From an uncultured Gammaproteobacteria bacterium (GTDB lineage: Bacteria > Pseudomonadota > Gammaproteobacteria > Steroidobacterales > Rariloculaceae), in contig CAYLKA010000001.1 in assembly GCA_964384125.1 (NCBI GenBank), positions 18,616-82,615 on the forward strand: a stretch of DNA of 64,000 bases, read 5' to 3'. Under the pieces are notes generated by a model. It saw nothing but the letters and a program-made list of their open reading frames with translations. It had not been told where the DNA came from and did not search any database. Shown here in pieces: positions 28,577 through 38,195 of this stretch. The stretch's first letter is position 1, and each line of letters begins with the position of its first letter. The position numbers were made by a program, and so were the translations under genes.

Positions 28577-29023
28577 ATGGCGGACATCCGGCAAAGCATC
28601 GTTGAGGCATCCCGTTTTCAGATGGCGTATGCGCTGTTTCGAATCACCCTGGGCGTCAATATGTTTTTCCATGGTTTCATGCGCATCATTAGCGACACGG
28701 GTGCGTGGGTCGACAGCCAAGTCGCGCTTTTCACGGATTCCTTTCTCCCGACTTTGTGGGTCACGGCGTTTCTTTGGGTACTGCCATTTTTCGAAGTCGT
28801 GTTTGGCGCGTTGCTGACGTTCGGTCTATTCACCTACTGGATGTCTGTGACCGGTGCTTTGATGATGTTCGTGCTCATATTTGGCAACACGACGCGCCAG
28901 GCCTGGGGCGTGGTCGGCAACAATATGCATTACACGGTCTATTTCTGCATCCTAATCGCTGCGCATCCCTATGATTGGTTGGCATTAGATAATCGTCGCT
29001 CGCCTGAGCCCAATACCGACTAA
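28577..29023 (+). CDS. DoxX-like small membrane protein
   Basis: Four predicted TM helices and the FRITLGVNMFFHGFMRI motif typical of DoxX/DoxD-like proteins. The family call is moderate. Confidence 0.55.
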   Translation: MADIRQSIVEASRFQMAYALFRITLGVNMFFHGFMRIISDTGAWVDSQVALFTDSFLPTLWVTAFLWVLPFFEVVFGALLTFGLFTYWMSVTGALMMFVLIFGNTTRQAWGVVGNNMHYTVYFCILIAAHPYDWLALDNRRSPEPNTD

Positions 29024-29054
29024 CGCCCGTTCAATAACGACAATAGGTTCATTT

Positions 29055-30530
29055 GTGTCCGACTCCGCGAGCTCGCCGGCGTCAGGGTCCTCCGCCAAGA
29101 GAACTCCGCCCGATCGGCAGAGAACAATAAGCATCGTCTCGGGACCCGCGATCTTTCTGGGATTGGCTTTTTTGCCTATCTCGGGGCTGCCCTATGAGAT
29201 TCGATGCAGTATTGGGCTGCTCGTTTGGATGGCGTTGTGGTGGATCACACGGCCTGTCCACCTAGCTGTCACTGGTTTTCTCCCTTTGGCTACTGTCGCG
29301 CTCTTCAACTTTGCATCTGTGGAGCGAATCTTGCCTGCTTACGCGGCGGAACTCGTAATTCTTCTCCTGTCTGCGAATGTGCTTACTACCTGCTGGACGC
29401 GTTGGGGGTTGGATCGGCGCATTGCGCTGGTTTCATTGATAGGCGTCGGTACTAATACGACGCGACAGATTATTTCCTGGTTTGCCATAGGCATGATACT
29501 GAGCGCGTTTTTGCCTAATACCATTGTTGCAGCGACCATGATCCCTATTGTCGTTGCCATGTTGAGATTTATCGGTATTGAAGATTTGTGGGAAAGCAAT
29601 CTTGGTACCGCTTTGGTTATAGCAGTTGCATGGGGTACGAGTGCAGGAGGTGCTACAACTCCGCTCGGTGGTGCACCTAATCTTCTAACGGTTGAATATA
29701 TCCAGGAAATGGTTACCGGGGAGGAGTTTCTTTTCGCGACCTGGGTGACACGATTTCTACCGCTGAGCCTCGCTGTCATGATCGTAACTTTTATCTATGT
29801 AAGGTTCGCATTTAAACCGGAGATAGCAGAAGTAGAAGGAACTCGAGAGTTCTTTCTCTCTGAGCTCAAGTCTCTTGGCTCAATGAGTATTCAGGAGAAA
29901 TGGGGTTTCTTTTTGTTTGTATCGGCAGCATTTCTTGCGTTTAGCCGACCCCTGTACGCAAGCTTGATACCTTCGCTTACGCCCGCCTACGCTTTTCTAT
30001 GTTGCGCAATCATCTGTTTCTTGGTTCGCACACAAGGCGAGAATCTTATGACCTGGGAATATGCTCAGGGGAAAATGATGTGGGGGTTGTTTTATCTCTT
30101 TGCTGGCGGCACGGCTTTAGGGCGTGTGTTGACCGAGACTGGGACAGCAGGTCATATCGCCGAGGTGTTGTTGCCGTACGCCAGTGAGGGTGGGTTCGTC
30201 GCTGTTTTAGTCTTTGCCGGATTAACTCTCTTTATGACACAGATCACAAATAATACGGCAGCTATTGCGATTACCGTGCCTATTACTATTAGTACCTTCG
30301 AGAGTCTGGGTTTGAACCCGTTACCGTTCATTTATATCGTAACAACGGTAGGCAATTGCGGCTTCATGTTGCCAACCTCCGCTGGAGGCCCTGCAGTTGC
30401 AGCCGGTTATGGAATCAATCTTAAGACTATGGCGATCAAGGGCTTTTGGGCTTGTTTGTTTGCATTAATTGCGGTTGTGGTCGTGGGGTATCTACTTTCC
30501 GTTTATTGGCCTGCTTTTAGCTCAGTGTGA
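29055..30530 (+). CDS. SLC13/DASS family anion:sodium symporter
   Basis: 491-aa polytopic ORF with GTG start. The repeated hairpin-type motifs SAGGATTPLGGAPNL and LPTSAGGPAVAAGYG are characteristic of the DASS fold. Confidence 0.8.
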   Translation: MSDSASSPASGSSAKRTPPDRQRTISIVSGPAIFLGLAFLPISGLPYEIRCSIGLLVWMALWWITRPVHLAVTGFLPLATVALFNFASVERILPAYAAELVILLLSANVLTTCWTRWGLDRRIALVSLIGVGTNTTRQIISWFAIGMILSAFLPNTIVAATMIPIVVAMLRFIGIEDLWESNLGTALVIAVAWGTSAGGATTPLGGAPNLLTVEYIQEMVTGEEFLFATWVTRFLPLSLAVMIVTFIYVRFAFKPEIAEVEGTREFFLSELKSLGSMSIQEKWGFFLFVSAAFLAFSRPLYASLIPSLTPAYAFLCCAIICFLVRTQGENLMTWEYAQGKMMWGLFYLFAGGTALGRVLTETGTAGHIAEVLLPYASEGGFVAVLVFAGLTLFMTQITNNTAAIAITVPITISTFESLGLNPLPFIYIVTTVGNCGFMLPTSAGGPAVAAGYGINLKTMAIKGFWACLFALIAVVVVGYLLSVYWPAFSSV

Positions 30531-30606
30531 GGCGGGGCATTCACCACCAAGCTATACTAGCCGTCAACTTCTTTGCTTGGGATCTTATTCCGTAAAAGGG
30601 GACAGC

Positions 30607-31617
30607 ATGAATCGCACTTTGGGCCTGATTTCAGTTTTTTCGCTGTTTGTTGCGTTGATGAAGCCCGTTGCGGTGAGCGCCCAGGATGGGGTGGTTTACG
30701 AGACAGAGGATGTTGCTGGCTCTGAAATCCCTGTGACCTATCATCTAATTTCAACCGATGACGGACTTTTGACGCCGATTGGCTTGAGAAAGCCCGCTGG
30801 CGATGGGCCTTTCCCAGCGGTGCTGTTTTCGTCAGGGAACGGCGGCGAAGGGTTAGAGTACGTCAAGGATAACAGCCATAATCGTGGTTGGACGCTTGAC
30901 CAATTTCTTGCTGCCGGTTATGCGGTCGCTTGGTTGCGCTATCGCTCCGAAGTGGAGATCCCAGTTTACGATGGTTCAGCGTTGTTAGCTCAACCATGGT
31001 CAGGTCGACCGGTATTTAATAGGGCGCCATTAGAATACGACGACGCTATTAGGATTATTGACTACGTTCGCGCTCTGCCCTACATCGATTCCGATAAGGT
31101 TGGATGGATGGGAGTAAGTCATGCCGGTGAGATGCTGATGAAAATTGCAGGTGTCTACGATGGGCTGGCTGCAGGAATAGCGTCTGAGCCTGCATCTGCG
31201 GGTTTTATGGCGCGTGGTGAAGTTGCTTCAATCTCTGAAATCGGCTCAGAGGAATATGGTGAAGACGGACAGTCTGCACTTGAAACGGCAGACAGGTACG
31301 ATGCAGAAAGTCTCCAAGCAGCGGTGAAGGCGACCCATAGTGCAATCGATCGTGACGTTGCTATGGCGAGAATTGACCCGATTGGTATTCCGATTTTCGT
31401 TCAAGGTAGGGATCGCGATCATAACCAGCCAGTTTTCAGAGTTAATTACGAGTTGCTTTCTCAGGCGGGTAAGAATGTGGAGTGGAAGACCTATGACCAT
31501 GACGTGCATGGGTTCGTATACGTGTGGCGTGATGCTGCGGGCAAGTATCAACCAGATGAGGTTCAGCTCGAAGCGATTTCTGACTCTATAGCGTTTTTCA
31601 ATCGTTATTTGAAGTGA
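30607..31617 (+). CDS. Exported alpha/beta hydrolase (dienelactone hydrolase / S9-like)
   Basis: ORF 30469.. trimmed to MNRTLGLISVFSLFVALMKPVAVSAQ (ATG 30607). Nucleophile elbow GWMGVSHAGE and C-terminal DHDVHGF. Confidence 0.7.
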   Translation: MNRTLGLISVFSLFVALMKPVAVSAQDGVVYETEDVAGSEIPVTYHLISTDDGLLTPIGLRKPAGDGPFPAVLFSSGNGGEGLEYVKDNSHNRGWTLDQFLAAGYAVAWLRYRSEVEIPVYDGSALLAQPWSGRPVFNRAPLEYDDAIRIIDYVRALPYIDSDKVGWMGVSHAGEMLMKIAGVYDGLAAGIASEPASAGFMARGEVASISEIGSEEYGEDGQSALETADRYDAESLQAAVKATHSAIDRDVAMARIDPIGIPIFVQGRDRDHNQPVFRVNYELLSQAGKNVEWKTYDHDVHGFVYVWRDAAGKYQPDEVQLEAISDSIAFFNRYLK

Positions 31618-31638
31618 TGGGGTTAACAGATCATTGGA

Positions 31639-32583
31639 GTGTTCGACGTGATAAAAAAAGTGACTGAAGAAGGCGCAACTACACGAAGAGAATTTATCGC
31701 TACGATGTCGGCTCTTGGTCTTTCTGGGCTGAGTTCCAATTCATTGCTGGCACAAACTCAGATGCCGCAGCGACCCATCCCTGGAAAAGGGGAAATGCTT
31801 CCCGTAGTCGGCCTTGGATCTAGCAAGGTGGTTTCCCAGATATCTTCCAATGGGACGAACCCGCTCGCTGCGGTGTTGGAGGCACTGCGTGATAACGGTG
31901 GTCGAGTAGTTGATACTTGGCCAAGAAATCCTGAGAACGATGCCGGGCTTGGTCAAGTTGTAAACACGCCGGATTTTCGTGATTCCCTTTTCTTGACCAC
32001 CAAGATTGATCAGGTTGGCAAGGAAGCTGGGATTGAGCAATTTCGCCAAACCCAGCGCCTTTACGGTAGAGAAACGATCGATCTTGTGCAGATATTCAGC
32101 CTAATTGATCTGGATACCCAGTGGCAAAACCTCAAAGAATGGAAGGCGGAAGGGTACGCAAGATACATTGGGGTTACGGTCTCTCAATACGACCTATATG
32201 AGCAGCTCGAAGAATTTTTGGGTCGAGAAACACCCGACTTTGTGCAGATGAACTATTCGATCACAGAGCGTCGGGCGGAAGAACGACTGTTGCCTCTAGC
32301 AGAAGATATGGGTTTAGCCGTTCTCCTTAATCGGCCATTTATGAACGGTGCGTATTTCACGCAGCTAGCGGGGCGACCCTTGCCCGAGTGGACGGCGGAG
32401 TTCGACTGCGATAGCTGGGCGCAATTTTCACTCAAGTACATTCTCGCCCATCCGACGGTTACGTGTGTGCTGACGGAAACCAGTAACCCCGTTCATATGG
32501 CGGAGAACGCTGCGACCGCGCTGGGGCGAATGCCGGATGCTGCCGCGCGGGCGCGAATGCGAGACTTTATCGATCAGGTTTGA
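31639..32583 (+). CDS. Aldo/keto reductase with a twin-arginine (Tat) signal
   Basis: Tat motif TRREFIATMSALGLSGLSS. AKR-like motifs IDLVQIFSL and YIGVTVS. GTG start. Confidence 0.75.
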   Translation: MFDVIKKVTEEGATTRREFIATMSALGLSGLSSNSLLAQTQMPQRPIPGKGEMLPVVGLGSSKVVSQISSNGTNPLAAVLEALRDNGGRVVDTWPRNPENDAGLGQVVNTPDFRDSLFLTTKIDQVGKEAGIEQFRQTQRLYGRETIDLVQIFSLIDLDTQWQNLKEWKAEGYARYIGVTVSQYDLYEQLEEFLGRETPDFVQMNYSITERRAEERLLPLAEDMGLAVLLNRPFMNGAYFTQLAGRPLPEWTAEFDCDSWAQFSLKYILAHPTVTCVLTETSNPVHMAENAATALGRMPDAAARARMRDFIDQV

Positions 32584-32706
32584 GGTTCCCCTGAGGCGTA
32601 ACGGCCTCACCTAACCCAGCAAGCTTCTGTCTAGATGCTCGCGGGCATGTCTGGTATGCGCCGTGGGCGGTGTTTCTTCCTGGATATGATTCGCCCAGTT
32701 CCTGGC

Positions 32707-33654
32707 TTAGTCAGTCCGACACTGCCTCGAGTCCTGGATGCACAAGGTTGCCTCCTCCTGTGTGATTCTGGCGTTAGGCTCGCGGTATCGGTAAAGATAG
32801 TCCCACATGGTTACGATGTTGTGCTCTAAGAGCCGATCGATGCCGTTGTAGTCACCGAAGTCCTCCCGCATCGTGGCATCCGAGAGTGTCTTGATCTCTT
32901 GTAGTGTGCGTCCGTCTCGCATGTGTCCGAGGATGTTTTCTTTGAGTGCCAACAGGTAGTCGTAGTAGTCGATGAAGGCATCCTGCGTGGTGACGGGTCC
33001 GTGGCCCGGCAATACGACGTCTACGTCTTCTAGATTGGCTAAGATGCGCATGACTCTGAGTTGGTTGTTGACTTCCATATCCCTGAAATCGGGGAAGAGG
33101 TTTCGGCCCTTGGCGGAGTCGACCGCAATCAAAACCCGTTCCTCTGGAATATGAATCTGGATGAGGTTGTCGCTGTGGGTTGGGCCGAAGTACAGGAGTT
33201 TTAGGTGGACGCCGCCAAACCGAAGATCCATCTCTTCTTCGAAGGTAATGGCGGGGACGATCGAGTTCCGGTTCTCTCCGACCAAGTGGGGAACGATGTT
33301 CACGTGACCTATACCCACCGCCGTGTCACTGAAAAGACCTGTGTGACAGTTGTGGTCTTGGTGATCGTGACTCAGTATCACATACCTCACCGGCACGTCA
33401 TAACGGCTGTCGAGTTCCCCCTTGAACCACTGTGCTGTGCCGGAGTCGCAGTAGTGACCGTCGATAACGATGATGCCTTCATCGGTCAGGATGTAGGCCC
33501 CGTATTGGTTATCCGAGCCCCAGCGGTAGACATGTTCTGAGATCTGCTCGATGGATCTCGTTGAGGGTTGCCACACTCGACTCTGTGCGTGAAGACTCGG
33601 AGCACTGATCACAGTGATGGATATTGAGGTAAGCAGGAGTGTTATTGGTCTCAA
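32707..33654 (-). CDS. Exported MBL-fold metallo-hydrolase
   Basis: Signal peptide MRPITLLLTSISITVISAPSLHAQ. Motifs LSHDHQDHNCH and LPGHGP. Confidence 0.85.
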   Translation of the reverse strand: MRPITLLLTSISITVISAPSLHAQSRVWQPSTRSIEQISEHVYRWGSDNQYGAYILTDEGIIVIDGHYCDSGTAQWFKGELDSRYDVPVRYVILSHDHQDHNCHTGLFSDTAVGIGHVNIVPHLVGENRNSIVPAITFEEEMDLRFGGVHLKLLYFGPTHSDNLIQIHIPEERVLIAVDSAKGRNLFPDFRDMEVNNQLRVMRILANLEDVDVVLPGHGPVTTQDAFIDYYDYLLALKENILGHMRDGRTLQEIKTLSDATMREDFGDYNGIDRLLEHNIVTMWDYLYRYREPNARITQEEATLCIQDSRQCRTD

Positions 33655-33770
33655 TTCCTTCTCCTCCGGAGATGGTCTACAGGAAATTTCAGCGGGTATT
33701 TTACTGTAAGCGCGGTGAAAGTCGGATTGGAATGGTGCTAGGGGACGTAGTTTATAATGCGGGTTAGAGT

Positions 33771-33848
33771 GGTGATGTAGCTCAGGTGGTTTAGAGCGGC
33801 GGATTCATAACCCGCAGGTCGGTGGTTCAAGTCCACCCATCACCACCA
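33771..33848 (+). tRNA. tRNA-Met (anticodon CAT), elongator type by its paired 1:72
   Basis: Cloverleaf folded by hand: acceptor GGTGATG/CATCACC, D-arm GCTC/GAGC, anticodon arm GCGGA-ttCATaa-CCCGC, variable loop AGGTC, T-arm GGTGG-ttcaagt-CCACC, discriminator A and encoded CCA. A TATAAT box lies at 33753-33758. Confidence 0.9.
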
Positions 33849-33981
33849 TGAATTCAGAGACTTGCGCTAGGTCCGATTTTCGAAGTACCCAAAAAATGAC
33901 GGGAAGCGGGGATTGCGATATACACCAGGTGTGGAGAACGTTACTGCCTGACCAATCGTCTGCCAAGGAGATAGTCGCCAC

Positions 33982-35007
33982 ATGAACATGAAAGCATGCA
34001 CGATAGGTATCACCGCAGCACTTGTCATGGTCTCGCCCACATTGGGGCACCATAGCGATGCTGGCGTAGACACAGAATCGGTCGTGGCGTTTGAAGGAAC
34101 GGTACGAGAGTTTGCCTGGCTGAATCCTCATGCCTACGTCGTGGTCGAAACCGAGCAGAGCGGCGAGGCGGTGGAGTGGGAACTGCAGATGGGCTCAATC
34201 TCCGGTCTTATAAGACGTGGGTGGTCGCGCAACACGCTGTCATCTGGTGACCAGGTGACGGTTCGGGTAAGTCCAGCCGAGGGTGAGCGACCCTACGGCA
34301 TCCTGCGGTCCGTCGAGAAGGATGGTGGTCTCTCCCTGGCGGCGACAGCCGCCGCCCCGGACGTCACGCCCGTTACTGCGACCTTGGCTGGCAAGTGGCT
34401 CACCGACCGCTTGTCAGTGCTGGACTATCCGGCCGGCAGCTTCGACGAGTTCTTTCGTACGCAGCTCTCGTTGACTGAGAAGGGTCAAGCCGCCGAGGCT
34501 GCTTTCGATTCGCTCTCGGCTGAGAACCCTGAAGCGACGTGTGTGGGACGACCGACGCCCTCGGCGTTGGTGTCGACGGGCCTGTATCTGATGGAGATCG
34601 ACCTCACGCAACAGGAGGAGATGATCATTTTCCGAAGCGAGTGGTTTAATGAGGTGCGGACGATCTATATGGATGGCCGCGCACATCCCGACCCCAGTGA
34701 GCGTTTCACCACGGGCCACTCAATCGGCCGCTGGGAAGGAGATACGCTGGTGGTCGATACGGCGAATTTCGCGGATCACCGCTCGCCTTACCAGATCGGC
34801 GTGCCGTCGGGCGGGCAGAAGCATGTCGTGGAGCGTTACCGGCTGACCGAGAGCGGTACCCACATCGACCTTGAGTTTGTACTGGAGGATCCGGAATACC
34901 TGGCGGCCCCCATGTCTCATCGCCGGCAATTGATCCATTCGCCACACCTCGAGATGTTGCGTGTCGAGTGTGATCCGGCAGCGGCCAGTCGCTTCCTCGC
35001 AAACTAG
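33982..35007 (+). CDS. Exported HH/NPH-module protein, long two-domain form; copy 2
   Basis: Signal peptide ...VMVSPTLG|HHSDAG. Contains WLNPHAY, the C-domain motif GHSIGRWEGDTLVVDTANF and the Cys pair (ATCVG ... VECD). Confidence 0.85.
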   Translation: MNMKACTIGITAALVMVSPTLGHHSDAGVDTESVVAFEGTVREFAWLNPHAYVVVETEQSGEAVEWELQMGSISGLIRRGWSRNTLSSGDQVTVRVSPAEGERPYGILRSVEKDGGLSLAATAAAPDVTPVTATLAGKWLTDRLSVLDYPAGSFDEFFRTQLSLTEKGQAAEAAFDSLSAENPEATCVGRPTPSALVSTGLYLMEIDLTQQEEMIIFRSEWFNEVRTIYMDGRAHPDPSERFTTGHSIGRWEGDTLVVDTANFADHRSPYQIGVPSGGQKHVVERYRLTESGTHIDLEFVLEDPEYLAAPMSHRRQLIHSPHLEMLRVECDPAAASRFLAN

Positions 35008-35239
35008 TATCTCGTTACAGTAGTTCGTGGCGTAGGTCCTGGAGCGTTGGATGAAACAAGGCTTACGCTAACGCGGCCGCCAGCCTGCAAGTTATTGCTG
35101 GTTTCCTGAGTCGCCTCGATGGGCGTATAGAGTTGCCGTGCTTTTCAGGGAAACCACACTTCATGTTCTTGTAAACGGCATCAATCCCTTTGCGTTAAGG
35201 AAGGGGTTTCTGTGAGTCACCAAGAGGAGGGGTAGGGAA

Positions 35240-35731
35240 ATGGCGTTCAAACTTTGGACAATGGTAATGCTAGTGCTTATCCAAACAAGTGTTGCTTTCG
35301 CACAGTCTGCCTTTGTCGAACGAAAACTGCTCTCAACGGATGCAGCAAGAACAATTGTTGATACCTGTGTCGCCTATGCGACCGAGCATGACGCGACGGT
35401 TGCCGTTGCAGTGGTTGATATTTCGGGCGTTCTGTTGGATTTCCATATGATGGAAGGTGGTGGGCCGACAACCTCCGAGACGGCGATATTAAAGGCAAAA
35501 ACCGCGGCGCATTGGCGTCGTCCAACAACTGTTCTTGAGGAAAATGTCACCGGTGGCGGTAATCAGGCCCCGCTGTGGATTAATGATTTTCCGAAGGGTG
35601 GCGGGCTTCCCATTATGGTTGACGGACAGATCGCCGGTGCTGTCGGTGTCGGTGGGCCGCAGCTACAAGATGAATGCGCGCAGGCAGGCATCGACGCCGT
35701 TCTCCCACAGGAAGCCGCGTCTTTGCAGTAA
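35240..35731 (+). CDS. Exported GlcG/HbpS-family (DUF336) putative heme-binding protein
   Basis: Signal peptide MAFKLWTMVMLVLIQTSVAFAQ. Contains VAVAVVDISG, AILKAKTAA and GGLPIMVDGQIAGAVGVGG. Confidence 0.8.
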   Translation: MAFKLWTMVMLVLIQTSVAFAQSAFVERKLLSTDAARTIVDTCVAYATEHDATVAVAVVDISGVLLDFHMMEGGGPTTSETAILKAKTAAHWRRPTTVLEENVTGGGNQAPLWINDFPKGGGLPIMVDGQIAGAVGVGGPQLQDECAQAGIDAVLPQEAASLQ

Positions 35732-35857
35732 CAGTTGGTTCACGCAAAGTCGGCTTAGATTGACTCCCCGGCATCGCTGAGGCTGGAGCGTCGTCGGCGC
35801 GGTATGCGCAGGCTAGAACCAAAAGTCTAAAGTCAAAGACTCTCGAGGGTTTCGCGC

Positions 35858-36706
35858 ATGGTGGAAGCAATTCTCGCAAACGAACTGAGCGTCAGACTCG
35901 GCTTCTTCCTTGCTGTGTTTTTGATCATGGCCTTGTGGGAGTTGCCGATGCCGCGCAGGAAGTGTGAGGTGTCCCGCTGGGGACGTTGGCCTAGCAACCT
36001 AGGCATTGTGGCGCTCGATGCGGTTGTTGTGCGCGTCTTCATTCCTGCGACTGCCGTAACTATGGCGTTAATCGCTGAAGAAGGGGGGTGGGGGTTATTC
36101 AACCAGCTGGCGCTACCGGGTTGGGCAGCGGTGCTGTTATCGGTGATTATCCTGGATCTTGTCATCTACCTTCAGCATGTGATGTTTCATGCAGTGCCCA
36201 TGCTGTGGCGATTGCATCGTGTACACCATGCTGATCTGGGTTTTGATGTCACCACTGGGGTTCGTTTCCACCCCATCGAAATCTTTCTGTCGATGGGGAT
36301 CAAACTAGCTGCTGTAGCGGTTCTTGGGGTGCCCGGCATCGCCGTACTCATCTTCGAGGTGCTACTAAACGCCACATCTATGTTCAATCATGGCAACGTG
36401 AGGCTTCCGTCCAATCTTGATCGAGTGCTGCGATGGGTGGTGGTCACGCCGGACATGCACCGGGTCCATCATTCAGTTATTCCACGCGAAGCGAGCAGCA
36501 ATTTCGGCTTCAATCTGCCATGGTGGGATCGCTTGCTGGGCACGTATCGCGCCCAACCCACTGACGGTCACGAAGGCATGGTTATCGGTATCGGTCAATT
36601 TCGAACGCGACGTGATCTGTGGCTTGATTGGATGCTCTTTCAACCCTTCCGCGGTAACGTCGGCGATTACCCACTTAGTGGGCGTGAAAGTGGCCCATCC
36701 GGTTGA
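35858..36706 (+). CDS. Sterol desaturase / fatty acid hydroxylase superfamily membrane protein
   Basis: Histidine boxes HVMFH, HRVHHAD and HRVHHS, with multiple TM helices. Confidence 0.85.
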   Translation: MVEAILANELSVRLGFFLAVFLIMALWELPMPRRKCEVSRWGRWPSNLGIVALDAVVVRVFIPATAVTMALIAEEGGWGLFNQLALPGWAAVLLSVIILDLVIYLQHVMFHAVPMLWRLHRVHHADLGFDVTTGVRFHPIEIFLSMGIKLAAVAVLGVPGIAVLIFEVLLNATSMFNHGNVRLPSNLDRVLRWVVVTPDMHRVHHSVIPREASSNFGFNLPWWDRLLGTYRAQPTDGHEGMVIGIGQFRTRRDLWLDWMLFQPFRGNVGDYPLSGRESGPSG

Positions 36707-36826
36707 TCACTGTTGATCGAATGTCCGCTGTATCTAAACGGCTAACGTTCTCGGCCTAGTGCACGTGAGAGGCGGCAGCGAACGGCTCCACAGTACCACT
36801 GTACTGCGGAGCCAGCGTTGCTTTTC

Positions 36827-38062
36827 TCAGGTCTCGATCTCGACTAGGGCGACTCGATTTACCGCACTGCAAGCCAATACAAGGTTGCCGTCCGGGGTTG
36901 CCTCCATGTGGCGCACGACGCCTCCACCGGAGGGGATCACCCACGACTGGAAGCGTTCGGTTTGCGTATCGAAGCGCACTAGCGTATTCGGTCGCGAATA
37001 CGTCTCGACGTACCAGATCACGTCACCGATAGCCGCAATGCCGTACGGTAGCGACCCAGGTCCGCCGGGTGAGGCCCACTCCTGCACGTCACCGGTTTCA
37101 GGATCGAACCGGCCTAGATAGCCGCGTGGATAGTCCGTGTACCAAACCGCATCGTCTGGAGTCAGCGCTATGCGTCGAGGTCGTGACTCTGGATTCGGTA
37201 ACTCGTACTCCGTGATCTTGGAGGTGTCTGGGTCGATACTGCCGACCCGGCTTCCGCGAAAGTCGACATACCAGGGCACCCCTTGGGAATTCACCTTGAT
37301 GCCGTAAGGATACGTACCGGAGGTCGGCGTTGCCGAGATTGTCATCTCCTCAGTGTCGGGCACTATTCTGCCCACGTGACCCGACTGCATGGTGAACCAC
37401 ACTGCGCCCTGCTGATCGATAGTGGGGGTGTGAGGACCACGGCCTTCCGACACATGGTATTCGGTCACATCTCCCGTGCTGGGGTCTAGCTTGCCAACGT
37501 AGCCCTGAGAGACGGCCGTGAACCAAATGTTGCCGCTGCCGTCTTCCTGTAGACCATGTGGGCCGGAACTTGCGGTTTCGAGCGGGAACTCCTGCATCGC
37601 GCCGGTCACGGGGTCGACTCGGCCGAGCCTGTTGGCGAATTGGCCGGTCCACCAAATTGAACCGTCGGCGGCAGGGAAAGGATCATGGGGTCGTGAGCCT
37701 AGCGTTGGGGCGATCCACTCGCTGATACTGACATTCACTGGGCCTGAAATCAGCGTTGGGTCGGTGCCTGGTTTTTTGGGAAAGTGCTCCGCCAGGTACT
37801 CCACGACCGAGTCGTTGGTGTCGCCGGGCAGCGTAATCATCGTGCTGATCAGCGCCTCCCAATCTTCGTGCGTGTACCCTCTCGAGTTCGGAATAAAGTC
37901 GAGCCGGTGGCAGGCGGCGCACGTCCCTTCGACGATGGTCTTTGCCTCGCCGTCGGGTAGCTGGACGGCGGGGCGGTCCCGCTGAGCCAGCAAGGTGCTG
38001 GGCAGGGTTAACGTCCAGGCCAGCACAACCGCCGTGTTGGTGATCATTCGTTGTCGCATCAT
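36827..38062 (-). CDS. Exported fusion of a mono-heme cytochrome c domain and a Vgb-like (streptogramin-lyase-type) 7-bladed beta-propeller; paralog A
   Basis: Signal peptide ...LPSTLLAQ and heme site CAACH. Seven repeats follow of the Vgb-type blade (for example GPHGLQEDGSGNIWFTAVSQGYVGKLDPSTGDVTEY). Confidence 0.8.
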   Translation of the reverse strand: MMRQRMITNTAVVLAWTLTLPSTLLAQRDRPAVQLPDGEAKTIVEGTCAACHRLDFIPNSRGYTHEDWEALISTMITLPGDTNDSVVEYLAEHFPKKPGTDPTLISGPVNVSISEWIAPTLGSRPHDPFPAADGSIWWTGQFANRLGRVDPVTGAMQEFPLETASSGPHGLQEDGSGNIWFTAVSQGYVGKLDPSTGDVTEYHVSEGRGPHTPTIDQQGAVWFTMQSGHVGRIVPDTEEMTISATPTSGTYPYGIKVNSQGVPWYVDFRGSRVGSIDPDTSKITEYELPNPESRPRRIALTPDDAVWYTDYPRGYLGRFDPETGDVQEWASPGGPGSLPYGIAAIGDVIWYVETYSRPNTLVRFDTQTERFQSWVIPSGGGVVRHMEATPDGNLVLACSAVNRVALVEIET

Positions 38063-38195
38063 TGTTCCCCTTTTTGGCTAGATCTGCTTTGGGCCGACAG
38101 CCCTAGAGCCTAGGGCGACGCATGAGTGTATCATCGTGGCAGAGAGGAATTAACGCTATGACCTCTGAACGATAACAACTCAAAGTGAGGCTAAG

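Noticed and set aside
36784-36813. Hairpin (GGCTCC...GGAGCC with an inner CAGT/ACTG pairing) between the convergent sterol-desaturase and cytochrome c/Vgb genes, considered as a bidirectional terminator.
   Set aside because: The stem is only 6 bp with a long, partly paired loop. The nearest T-run (CTTTTCT) starts 7 nt away on one strand and none exists on the other. This is not strong enough to call.
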